Shown: piece by piece, positions 24,299 through 32,000 of the stretch
How positions within the stretch are numbered: position 1 is the first letter of the stretch
How the letters are laid out: the number at the start of each line of letters is the position of its first letter
Origin: Pyrolobus fumarii 1A
GTDB taxonomy: Archaea > Thermoproteota > Thermoprotei_A > Sulfolobales > Pyrodictiaceae
Direction: 5' to 3'
Assembly (NCBI RefSeq): GCF_000223395.1
Contig: NC_015931.1
Coordinates: 1,590,001 to 1,622,000 of the forward strand
Length of the DNA stretch: 32,000 nucleotides
Notes under the pieces: generated by a model
What the model was told of the DNA's origin: nothing
The model's database searches: none
Seen by the model: only the letters and a program-made list of their open reading frames with translations
Program-made: the position numbers and the translations under genes

Positions 24299-25900
24299 CT
24301 ATAGGTCGATCAAGAAGGCGCGTCTCCTGGCTTGGGCTTCCTCCATCGTGCCCTTCACTACTATCTCGTAGAGTATTGCTTCTTTCTTCCCAGGCGCTGG
24401 GCGTAGAAGCCTTCCAAGCCTTTGGATGAACTGGCGTTTTGAGCTAGTACCCGAGAGGATTATACCAACGTTAGCATCGGGTATATCTAGACCTTCATCG
24501 CCGACAGTGGTGACAACAAGTATCCTAGCGCGTCCAGTCTTAAAGAGGTGGAGTGCCAGATCGCGTTTAACCCGATCAGTCTTACCGGTGATAACAGGCG
24601 CGCCAAGTAGAACACCGAGTTTCTTAGCCTGTTCCACATACTGCGTGAATATGATAACCTTGGAGCCCTTCGATGCCTCCTGTTCCGCAATCTCTTTTGC
24701 GAGTTTCAACTTGTTCTCAGCGTTGATGACTATCTTTCTCATCTCATTGAGTATCTTGAGAGCCTTTGATGCAGATTCGTCACCGGAAGCCGCCAGCCGT
24801 ATGAGCTCGTTGATATCACGGCCTGCGGCGAGCTCGGCGTACTTCCTGCGAAGCTCCCTATACTTCATGGCCTCCTTTGGCGTTAGTGTGACGTACTTAG
24901 TGACTATCCTGTACTGGGCTAGGTAGCCCTGCGCAGCTAGCTCAGAGGCACTCTTACGGTAAATCAAGCCGCCCATCAACCGGAAGAGTTCAACGTGAAG
25001 CCCGTCTTCTCGCTCAGGCGTAGCCGAGAGGGCCATGCGGTAGGGCGCTAGTACGCCCTCAGCTATAAGCCGGAACCTCTCGGCGGGCAAGTGGTGAGCC
25101 TCATCCACTATGAGTAAAGCGAATTTGTCTCTAAGTTCATCTACACGCCTCCATGCTGTCTGGTACGTTGTCACGGTGATAGGCGCTATCCTCTTCTCTT
25201 CACCATAGAAGGCGCCCACCTCCCAAGGTGAGACTGTCAAGGCTTCGCGTATCTTCTCGACCCATTGTTTTAGCTGCTCACGCGTATACACGACTATGAG
25301 TGTTGGCACTTTTAACTCGGCTATTGCCGCCAGAGCTACTATAGTCTTGCCAGCACCGGTGGGTAACGCTATAACGCCACGATACTTGTTAGCCTTCCAT
25401 GCTTCAAGAGCCTCACGTTGATATGGGCGAAGCTCGTAACGCAACGATATACTCTCGTTAAAAGGTTTTGGCTCCAGTAAGCCAGTCTCGTCAACAACCT
25501 CGAAACCCGCCCTACGAAGCTTATCAACAACATCGACCACAACGTAAGGCTTGACTATGAAGCCCTTAAGCTCCCTAGAATACCTCACGGTGCCGCCGAA
25601 TTCGGCTAATAACTCGAGAAGCCTCTCCCGCGAACGAAGCACATAGAGACCATCCTCAACACGCAACCTTGCAATCTTCTCGGTCGCGCCCACGCCCGGT
25701 GGAAGCTCCTCCACGACACCTCCCATACTATCGATTATCGCGAGCACATCACGGAGTGAGAGGTTGGCGCGTCTAAGCTTAACCGGGTTTATCTCGAATA
25801 TCCTCTCGCCATTCACAACCCCCTTATAATCGGCGAACTCGAGAACTTCCCGGAACTCATCCTCGCTTAGCCACCTTGAGAATTTTACACGGATACCCAC
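24299..25900 (-). CDS. xpb: XPB/Rad25-type SF2 DNA helicase/translocase
   Basis: 533 aa. Contains LRPYQREALEAW, Walker A LPTGAGKT, DEAH box IVDEAHHLPA, the XPB-specific RED motif (SATPEREDG) and helicase motifs V-VI (TTVGDEGLDIP, QRLGRLLR). Confidence 0.9.
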   Translation of the reverse strand: MGIRVKFSRWLSEDEFREVLEFADYKGVVNGERIFEINPVKLRRANLSLRDVLAIIDSMGGVVEELPPGVGATEKIARLRVEDGLYVLRSRERLLELLAEFGGTVRYSRELKGFIVKPYVVVDVVDKLRRAGFEVVDETGLLEPKPFNESISLRYELRPYQREALEAWKANKYRGVIALPTGAGKTIVALAAIAELKVPTLIVVYTREQLKQWVEKIREALTVSPWEVGAFYGEEKRIAPITVTTYQTAWRRVDELRDKFALLIVDEAHHLPAERFRLIAEGVLAPYRMALSATPEREDGLHVELFRLMGGLIYRKSASELAAQGYLAQYRIVTKYVTLTPKEAMKYRELRRKYAELAAGRDINELIRLAASGDESASKALKILNEMRKIVINAENKLKLAKEIAEQEASKGSKVIIFTQYVEQAKKLGVLLGAPVITGKTDRVKRDLALHLFKTGRARILVVTTVGDEGLDIPDANVGIILSGTSSKRQFIQRLGRLLRPAPGKKEAILYEIVVKGTMEEAQARRRAFLIDL

Positions 25901-26347
25901 TCAGCACACCTCCGTTAATTCAAGACCAGTCATGATACGTGGACGGCGTGTGTAAGAGCCACAGATCCTGCGTACAATCTCAACAGCCTTCTCCTCATTT
26001 GGCTCGTCTAGTACAACGACCCATAAGCCCCCAGCACTACGGTAATACAATATGTCCTCAGCGGGTGTGTCCCTAACCTCTCCCGGCGGCTCGCCTATAC
26101 CCTCAAGACATACTCCCAACAATCTGAGCCTGTCACTATCCTCCTCAAGCAGAGGGGCATCATACCTATAGACCAGGGAGGCTCTCAAAGACTCCTTCTC
26201 GCACACTACTAGCTTCAAGATGGGCTCGTCGCGGATAATAGACTCGTTGAGAGCGTAGAGGGCTACATCCTCGTCAACAACGCGGGATAAGCGCTCAACG
26301 CTACGTCTTGAGGGGCCTGGGGGTCCTCGCGTGGGTTCAGCCATCAC
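25901..26347 (-). CDS. Hypothetical 148-aa protein, translationally coupled to xpb
   Basis: Its TGA stop is immediately followed by the xpb GTG start (GAG GTG TGC TGA|GTG GGT ATC). Composition is normal, and I recognise no motif. Confidence 0.6.
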   Translation of the reverse strand: MMAEPTRGPPGPSRRSVERLSRVVDEDVALYALNESIIRDEPILKLVVCEKESLRASLVYRYDAPLLEEDSDRLRLLGVCLEGIGEPPGEVRDTPAEDILYYRSAGGLWVVVLDEPNEEKAVEIVRRICGSYTRRPRIMTGLELTEVC

Positions 26348-26381
26348 CGGTCAGCCCTTAAAACCCCAGTCATCCCCCGCT

Positions 26382-26397
26382 CTTAACCAGGGTTAAG
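26382..26397. promoter_or_regulatory. 7-bp inverted repeat CTTAACC-AG-GGTTAAG in divergent promoter region; candidate operator
   Basis: Perfect arms at 26382-26388 and 26391-26397, between the xpb operon (minus) and the HTH-PRTase regulator gene (plus). TTAA-containing TATA-like elements flank it (CCTTAAAACC 26356-26365, GATTTAACC 26404-26412). Confidence 0.4.
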
Positions 26398-26419
26398 CCA
26401 GCCGATTTAACCGGGGAGG

Positions 26420-27166
26420 TTGAGGCTTTTGTCTGCATTATCAAAGTACGATGCTATCCGTTTCAGGCTCCAGGTGGTATCCCTACTGCGTCTTCTGAAG
26501 AAGATATACTCGTATCGTGAGCTCTCCGCGATGACGGGGATCCCAGAGAGCGTCCTTTGTCGCTATGTCCGCGGGCAGACTATACCCAGCCTCGAGCAGG
26601 CACATGAGATAAAGAGGAGGCTCGAGGAGAACACCGACATACGCAAGATAGTTGCGAGTAGAGTAGAGCACCTACTCGAGGGTTATGTTGACCTAACCCA
26701 GGTAATCGGTGACCCAAGTCTCCTGCGCCTCATGGCATACTATGTGACGATGAAACTTGCTGGCAAGAGAGTCACTAAGGTACTCGTGCCAGAGACTAAC
26801 GGTATACCATTCGCTACTATGATAGCCGATGTGTTAGAGGTGCCGCTTGTCATAGCAAAGAGGAACAAGGATAATCCCTACGAGGAGTACGTGGAGGCTA
26901 ACGTGGTGGAGCCTAGTATACGCTCAACGATAACCTACTATATACCACGCCGCTTGATAAGCAGGCGCGACTCTGTACTCATAGTCGACGATCTAATACA
27001 ATCTGGCAGGACGATTAGAGCCCTAGCTGCTAGCATAGAGAAGCTTGGTGCCAAGCCCGTCGCAACCGCGGCTATAGTTGCTGTTGGTGAGCCCCGTGTC
27101 TCGATACCCCAGCCTCTCATAGTATTGTTGCACCTTAGCGAACCTAGCCGGCTAGCTAGAGTGTGA
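26420..27166 (+). CDS. HTH domain + phosphoribosyltransferase-domain protein (PurR/GfcR-like transcriptional regulator)
   Basis: 248 aa. The N-terminal HTH (YRELSAMTGIPESVLCRYVRGQTIPS) is followed by a type I PRTase fold with the PRPP loop VLIVDDLIQSGRT. Confidence 0.8.
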   Translation: MRLLSALSKYDAIRFRLQVVSLLRLLKKIYSYRELSAMTGIPESVLCRYVRGQTIPSLEQAHEIKRRLEENTDIRKIVASRVEHLLEGYVDLTQVIGDPSLLRLMAYYVTMKLAGKRVTKVLVPETNGIPFATMIADVLEVPLVIAKRNKDNPYEEYVEANVVEPSIRSTITYYIPRRLISRRDSVLIVDDLIQSGRTIRALAASIEKLGAKPVATAAIVAVGEPRVSIPQPLIVLLHLSEPSRLARV

Positions 27167-27222
27167 CGCATACCCGTATCTTGACTCTAGTGTAGTGTAT
27201 AACCCCTTGAGGACAACTGGTT

Positions 27223-28119
27223 TTGCGGGTGCTTGTGGTGTCTGATGCACTTGTCAAGCAACGCGCTGAGATCATGAAGAAGGTTATTGAGCAGCAGAGG
27301 ATGATCGCGGAGAAGATGAAGAAGGTAAGATACAAGCTCGTAATTCTCAGCGGCAAGGGTGGTGTAGGCAAATCTTTCGTAACAGCCAGTCTCGCCATGG
27401 CTCTAGCAATGAAGGGGCGTCGGGTGGCAGTCTTTGACGCCGATGTCCATGGGCCCTCGATACCTAAGATGCTGGGCGTTCATGGTAAGAGGATGTACGC
27501 GTTACCCGATGGAAGACTGTTGCCGGTTGAGGGACCGCTTGGAGTCAAGGTGGTATCGATAGACTTCCTTCTCGAGAGTGAGGAGCAGGCTGTGATATGG
27601 CGTGGGCCTTTGAAGACTGCAGCTATACGTGAGCTGCTAGCCTACACCGATTGGGGCGAGCTAGACTACCTCTTGGTTGATCTGCCGCCGGGTACGGGTG
27701 ACGAGCAGCTGACGATAGCTCAGCTTATACCAGGGTTAAGCGGCACCATTATAGTCACGATACCGTCGGATGTAGCCAGGATTGTAGTGAAGAAGGCTAT
27801 AACGTTTGCAAAGAGGCTGAATATACCCATAGTAGGCGTTATAGAGAACATGAGCTATTTCGAGTGTCCCGATGGCTCAAGGCACTACATTTTCGGGAAG
27901 GGTGCTGGCCGGAGGATAGCAGAGGAGATGGGCGTACCGTTCCTTGGTGAAATTCCAATCGACCCGAGGATATCCAAGGCTAATGACGAGGGTAAGCCCT
28001 TCTTCGTCGAGTATCCCGACTCGTCGGCTGCTAAAGCCTTCCTTGAGATAGCTGAACGCGTTATAGAGCGAGTGGAGGGTAAAGGAGAAGGCCGGAGCGA
28101 GAGTCAAGCGAAAGAGTGA
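27223..28119 (+). CDS. Mrp/NBP35/ApbC-family P-loop ATPase (start uncertain: TTG 27223 or ATG 27274)
   Basis: Contains the deviant Walker A ILSGKGGVGKSFV, DADVHGPSIPKMLG, LLVDLPPGTGDE and IENMSYFECPDGSRHYIFG. The usual CxxC cluster-binding motif reads CPDG, and this is the only Cys in the protein. Confidence 0.85.
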   Translation: MRVLVVSDALVKQRAEIMKKVIEQQRMIAEKMKKVRYKLVILSGKGGVGKSFVTASLAMALAMKGRRVAVFDADVHGPSIPKMLGVHGKRMYALPDGRLLPVEGPLGVKVVSIDFLLESEEQAVIWRGPLKTAAIRELLAYTDWGELDYLLVDLPPGTGDEQLTIAQLIPGLSGTIIVTIPSDVARIVVKKAITFAKRLNIPIVGVIENMSYFECPDGSRHYIFGKGAGRRIAEEMGVPFLGEIPIDPRISKANDEGKPFFVEYPDSSAAKAFLEIAERVIERVEGKGEGRSESQAKE

Positions 28120-28828
28120 GGCCTACGCCACCATCAATGTATCTCGTGCCTAGTAGGGTGCCAAGTAATCCCGATCCCCAATGGGTGCAGTGAAGGCCAA
28201 TGACTAGATTAGCTCTCTCCAGGGCGAGGTGCGCTACCTCCTCTATATCGTCTCTGCTCGCGTTCTTTAGGTGGAACCCACCCATCAAGATGTCAACGTG
28301 TTTTGCATTGGACCAGTAGAAGATTTGTCTTAGGCCGGCGTGCCCACATGCAACTATAAGCAGACGGTAGTCTGCGACGTTAAGCGTGAGTGATATCTCG
28401 CCGCTTGAACCTACCGGGCCGAAGGCCTCTACGCCTGGTGCAACAGTGACTCGGCCCCTGACATAGGCGGTGCGTTCAACCATTACGTTCTCTAGTATCT
28501 CGGATACCCGGTTTGATACGCCTCGAGGCTCTGGCAGGTAGACTATACGTGGTTTGAGAACCTCGCCAAGCTCCCTAAGCGCATAGTAGTGGTCGCGGTG
28601 CATATGTGATATTATGATGTGGTCTACCCTTTCAATCGGGGTGCCCAGTAACCTGGCATTGTGGAGGAGAGCCCACGGTGACCCACTAACGTCGAACAGA
28701 AGTCTCCACTTGGATGCCCCCGAGCCGACCTCAATGTAGATTGACAAGCCATAGTCTGTTGCTAAATCCTCGCGCAATGAGAGGTTGTCGACCAGCACTG
28801 TGAGGCGGGCATATTCTGGTTTCTCCAC
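28061..28828 (-). CDS. Metallo-beta-lactamase-fold hydrolase (COG1237-like)
   Basis: 255 aa. The N-terminal LTVLVDNLSLREDLATDYGLSIYIEV and HIIISHMHRDHYYAL (HxHxDH) are MBL-fold signatures. The 3' end overlaps the convergent Mrp gene by 59 bp. Confidence 0.8.
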   Translation of the reverse strand: MEKPEYARLTVLVDNLSLREDLATDYGLSIYIEVGSGASKWRLLFDVSGSPWALLHNARLLGTPIERVDHIIISHMHRDHYYALRELGEVLKPRIVYLPEPRGVSNRVSEILENVMVERTAYVRGRVTVAPGVEAFGPVGSSGEISLTLNVADYRLLIVACGHAGLRQIFYWSNAKHVDILMGGFHLKNASRDDIEEVAHLALERANLVIGLHCTHWGSGLLGTLLGTRYIDGGVGLTLSLDSRSGLLLYPPLAL

Positions 28829-28904
28829 CCTCAGCCTCCCTGCCCCACCCCAAGCCTACCATGATTAACCCTTGCTATAGTGTCTACAGTGGGGGGCTCC
28901 GGGC

Positions 28905-29315
28905 TTGAAGATAACCGAGATTGTTCGTGTCGATAGTAAAGGTAGGATAACAATACCAATGGTTGTTCGTGACGCTCTTAACATAGTTGAGGGGATGCAC
29001 CTCATACTGGTTGCTGATCCTGACAAGCGGGAGATTGTCCTCTCGCCGATATTCGCTCCCGTGGCGCACGTCTATGAGATCTATCTAGAGCTGCGTGACA
29101 CTCCCGGGGCTCTAGCCAAGGTCTCCGAGGAGCTGGCAAAGATGGGTGTAGACCAGTTGACGACACAGTGTGCGGCAGTTAAGCGTGGAGAGTACGCAGA
29201 GTGCGTCATTGTAGCCGATTTTAGCAAGGTGAGGATGTCGCCGGAGGAGGTCAAACAGAGGCTGATAGAGCTTGACGAGGTGCGGCTCGTTAGTATTAGG
29301 AAGCTGCACAGGTAG
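28905..29315 (+). CDS. AbrB/SpoVT-type DNA-binding domain fused to an ACT domain (putative ligand-responsive regulator)
   Basis: 136 aa. VRVDSKGRITIPMVVRDALNIVEGMHLILV is the SpoVT-AbrB swapped hairpin. YEIYLELRDTPGALAKVSEELAKMGVDQL...CVIVADF is ACT-like. The TTG start is preceded by a GCTATAGT TATA-like element ~28 nt upstream. Confidence 0.75.
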   Translation: MKITEIVRVDSKGRITIPMVVRDALNIVEGMHLILVADPDKREIVLSPIFAPVAHVYEIYLELRDTPGALAKVSEELAKMGVDQLTTQCAAVKRGEYAECVIVADFSKVRMSPEEVKQRLIELDEVRLVSIRKLHR

Positions 29316-29340
29316 TCCCTAGACGGAGGCAAAGAGCGGC

Positions 29341-30111
29341 ATGTGCATAGTCAAGGTCGGGTGTTGTGGTTTTCCCGTAGCACGGGCAAGGTACTTCGAG
29401 CAGTTTAGGCTCGTGGAGGTGCAACAGACCTTCTACAAGCTCCCTACCCGGGAGACCCTCGAGAGATGGAGGAGAGAGGCTCCCCAGGATTTCGAGTATA
29501 CGGTGAAAGCCTGGCAGGTGGTCACGCACCCTCCGAGCAGCCCCACGTGGCGCAAGGCTGGGTTGAAACCCGAACCCGGAAAGGAGGATAGGTACGGTCT
29601 ACTCAGACCGACGCCCGAGAACTTCGAGGCGTGGAAGAAGACCGTGGAGGCTGCCGACATACTAAACGCCAGGATAATCGTTGTACAGACGCCGCCGAGC
29701 TTCGGCTACAGTGAAGAGAACCTGCGCAACGCTCTCGAGTTCTTCCGAGAGGCGGCCAAGTATGGGAAAACCATCGGGTGGGAGCCTCGCGGCACCTGGC
29801 ATGAACACCCCGAGGCGATTAGGAGGATAGTCGAGGAGACCGGCGTGATACACGTTGTGGATCTTCTACGGAGATGGCCGGTCGTCGTAGGCAGGATAGC
29901 CTACGTGAGGTTGCATGGTCTCGGTGGTCGCGAGGTGAACTACCGATACAAGTATACGGATCAGGACCTGGAGGAGCTGGTCGCTAGGGTCAAGAAGCTT
30001 TGTAGTGAGGGCGCCGAGGAGGTATACGTGCTATTCAACAACGTCTATATGTTTGACGATGCGCGGAGATTCAGGGAGAAGGCGAGAAACGCCGGTCTGG
30101 ACGTATCCTAG
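29341..30111 (+). CDS. DUF72 (UPF0759) family protein
   Basis: 256 aa. Contains VGCCGF, FYKLPTRETLERWRREAPQDFEYTVKAWQVVTH, YVRLHG and VYVLFNN, the pattern typical of DUF72. GGAGG lies 10 nt upstream, and the gene is probably co-transcribed with the AbrB-ACT gene. Confidence 0.75.
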   Translation: MCIVKVGCCGFPVARARYFEQFRLVEVQQTFYKLPTRETLERWRREAPQDFEYTVKAWQVVTHPPSSPTWRKAGLKPEPGKEDRYGLLRPTPENFEAWKKTVEAADILNARIIVVQTPPSFGYSEENLRNALEFFREAAKYGKTIGWEPRGTWHEHPEAIRRIVEETGVIHVVDLLRRWPVVVGRIAYVRLHGLGGREVNYRYKYTDQDLEELVARVKKLCSEGAEEVYVLFNNVYMFDDARRFREKARNAGLDVS

Positions 30112-30202
30112 TCCTATGGGGCGGTGAGGAGGCTCTACCAGCGATGAGGGCCCCAGTCGCCCCGTGAAGATACCGACCACCAGCCGAGCCCCACACGGCC
30201 CC

Positions 30203-30210
30203 GTTTAAAC
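30203..30210 (+). promoter_or_regulatory. TATA-like box (GTTTAAAC) for the M20 hydrolase gene
   Basis: Centre is ~41 nt upstream of the GTG at 30248, embedded in the palindrome CGTTTAAACG. Confidence 0.4.
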
Positions 30211-30247
30211 GCCGGGAAGCGTAGGCCCTCCTCGCGGTGCTGGACTA

Positions 30248-31327
30248 GTGGAGGCTAGGCTGCCCAGTCTCGAGCGTATTGTGGAGCATCTCCGTAGGCT
30301 TGTGGAGGTCTATGCGCCGACTGGGGAGGAGGAGCGGTTACACCCGGTTCTCCGCGAGATAGCAGAGGAGCTAGGCGCAGACTACGTGATAGACGAGGTC
30401 GGGAACTTTTTCATTGTTAGCGGCGACGGCCACCCCAACATTGTTCTTGTGAGTCACCTTGACACCGTGCCCGGCGAGCTACCCGTTCGGGTGGAGGGCA
30501 CTACCGTCTGGGGTCGTGGCGCTGTAGATGCGCGCGCCCCGCTCTTGGCGATGGTGTACGCGGCGGCCCTCTACAAAGGGCCGTGCACAGTTTGGGGTGG
30601 CGGCGTTGTTGCCGAGGAGGGCGACTCGCGTGGTGCCTGGCACCTGGTACGGAAGGGCGTCAAGCCAGACTACATAATCATTGGCGAGCCTAGCGGCACT
30701 ACCGGTGTAGTGATAGGGTATCGAGGCTCTGCACCCAGCAGAGTGGTGTGTAGGGGGAGAGGTGGGCACGGCGCTAGTCCTTGGGATGCAGACTCGGCGC
30801 TCGAGAAGCTCATAGACTACTATGTTTCGTTGAGGAACCGATCTGGCAGAAGCTTCAACGAGATAACTGCCGTTGCGACCATCATCAGGGCCGGTGACTA
30901 TCCAAACAAGCTCCCAGAGGAGGCGGTGGCACACCTCGATGTTCGTGTGCCGCCAGGCAAGAGCATCGAGGATGTGAGGGCATTCCTAGAGGAGGGTCTA
31001 CCGCGAGACTGTCGCGTAGAGGTACTGGGCTATACGCCAGGGATACGTGTCAGACCCAACGATCCGGTGCCGCGTGCCTTGATACGCGGTTTGATACGCG
31101 AAGGGGCCAAACCGAGAATACTCCTCAAGCACGGCACAAGCGATATGAACATCCTTGCCCAGGTAGCAAGGAGTATCGCAGCGTATGGACCAGGAGACTC
31201 GAGGCTAGCGCACAGCACGGAAGAGAGGGTGGATGCAAAGGAAGTGCTCCTTGCGACGCGCGTCCTCATACACGCTATTCGCGAGCTATGCGAGACACTA
31301 CGACGGAGACAGACGCGACACTCCTAA
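30248..31327 (+). CDS. lysK: M20-family metallohydrolase, [LysW]-lysine/ornithine hydrolase (LysK/ArgE)-like
   Basis: 359 aa. LRRLVEVYAPTGEEE, VLVSHLDTVPGELPV, GRGAVDARAP, EEGDSRG, GHGASPW and HSTEERV show M20 metal ligands and a size typical of LysK. Specificity is not proven. Confidence 0.7.
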   Translation: MEARLPSLERIVEHLRRLVEVYAPTGEEERLHPVLREIAEELGADYVIDEVGNFFIVSGDGHPNIVLVSHLDTVPGELPVRVEGTTVWGRGAVDARAPLLAMVYAAALYKGPCTVWGGGVVAEEGDSRGAWHLVRKGVKPDYIIIGEPSGTTGVVIGYRGSAPSRVVCRGRGGHGASPWDADSALEKLIDYYVSLRNRSGRSFNEITAVATIIRAGDYPNKLPEEAVAHLDVRVPPGKSIEDVRAFLEEGLPRDCRVEVLGYTPGIRVRPNDPVPRALIRGLIREGAKPRILLKHGTSDMNILAQVARSIAAYGPGDSRLAHSTEERVDAKEVLLATRVLIHAIRELCETLRRRQTRHS

Positions 31328-31970
31328 CGCCACAGAGCCTAGCATGGATGCAGTAGAACTCCTCGTTAATAGGAGCCCAGACCAACACGCCATAACCGCC
31401 AGCCAGTATGACACCCGCAACATCCTCGTCAACACGGTCACCAACATGAACCAACCTACTTGTATCAACTCCGAGGGCCTCGGCAATGGCCTTAAATGCT
31501 CTGACATCCGGCTTAGCAGCACCAATCTCGTCTGAGAACAGGATAGCGTCAAAGAAACCAGCTAACCCAGCAGCCTCCAAAACACGGCGTGTGACCCTGC
31601 CAGGCCAGAAGAGCACGTTACCAAGGATACCGACGCGGAAACCGAGGCTCTTAACCCCCTCGACAGCTTCACGTGCACCAGGAAGCAGTAATTCTCTCGC
31701 AGAACCGACAAGCACACTCTCAACAACAGAGAAGAGGAGATCAACCGTAATGCCTACTTCCCTAGCGACTATCTCGGCACCACGCTTCGCGTCAAACCAA
31801 CCCTCGGACCTCCTAGAGCGTCTAGCCAGCTTAGCACCTCGCTTCAAAGCCTCAAGAACGTTTTCTTGCTCGGTGTTAAGCTCCTCGGCGAGCCTCTGAG
31901 CGATGAGCGAGTAAGCCTTGGTAAGGTTCAAGAGTGTGCCCCACACGTCAAAAGACACTGCGAAGCTCAC
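31275..31970 (-). CDS. HAD-superfamily hydrolase (haloacid-dehalogenase-like DxYGT-type motif I variant DVWGT)
   Basis: 231 aa. Motif I is FDVWGTLL, with a downstream SDEIGAAKPD and HVGDRVDEDV (motifs III/IV). The 3' end overlaps the convergent M20 gene by 53 bp. Confidence 0.75.
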   Translation of the reverse strand: MSFAVSFDVWGTLLNLTKAYSLIAQRLAEELNTEQENVLEALKRGAKLARRSRRSEGWFDAKRGAEIVAREVGITVDLLFSVVESVLVGSARELLLPGAREAVEGVKSLGFRVGILGNVLFWPGRVTRRVLEAAGLAGFFDAILFSDEIGAAKPDVRAFKAIAEALGVDTSRLVHVGDRVDEDVAGVILAGGYGVLVWAPINEEFYCIHARLCGVRSVASVSVVVSRIARE

Positions 31971-32000
31971 TTGAAGTACACCCTAGGCGATGCGGACAAA

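Noticed and set aside
30141-30190. Weak C/D-like boxes (CGATGAG, GTGAAGA, CCGA) in the spacer upstream of the M20 hydrolase
   Set aside because: There is no canonical D box (no CTGA), the spacing is poor, and the boxes are degenerate.
1-32000. CRISPR arrays, transposases/integrases, toxin-antitoxin pairs, classical defence genes, tRNA/rRNA genes
   Set aside because: I found no regularly spaced repeats, no recombinase-like ORFs and no tRNA-like structures in any spacer. The window reads as core chromosome.

Overview
Gene-dense window (about 90% coding, many overlapping or abutting genes), apparently the core chromosome of a hyperthermophilic crenarchaeon. The gene content supports this: PolB1-type family B polymerase, aKMT-like methyltransferase, PINA-like ATPase next to Hjc, NucS, XPB, PriL and ribosomal protein S25e. 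The lineage guess (Desulfurococcales/Pyrodictiaceae-like) is inference only. I see no rRNA, tRNA, CRISPR array, transposase, integrase or obvious defence island. Recognisable genes are mtnP (partial), glyS, folE, a CDP-alcohol phosphatidyltransferase, nucS, rps25e, priL, an NFACT/Rqc2 homolog, polB1, an aKMT-like methyltransferase, hisB, PINA-hjc-stomatin-nfeD, xpb, an HTH-PRTase regulator, an Mrp/ApbC-like ATPase, an MBL-fold hydrolase, an AbrB-ACT protein, DUF72, a LysK/ArgE-type M20 hydrolase and a HAD hydrolase. The ORF track misses a convergent pair of canonical C/D box sRNA genes at 5995-6111, which also argues for moving one CDS start. It also misses two weaker sRNA candidates. The candidates most worth a second look: (1) a 148-aa unknown protein translationally coupled to XPB where the Bax1 nuclease is normally found; (2) a strongly C/G strand-skewed, repeat-containing ~270-nt tract (840-1110) with its own TATA box and palindromic operator-like sites but no credible intact CDS; (3) a tightly packed PINA-Hjc-stomatin-NfeD gene string; (4) several conserved-looking unknown proteins (4625-5446, 6771-7568, 17723-18880, 23207-24232). 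I cannot show that any of these is a new system. Every functional call rests on motif recognition by eye, without database searches.
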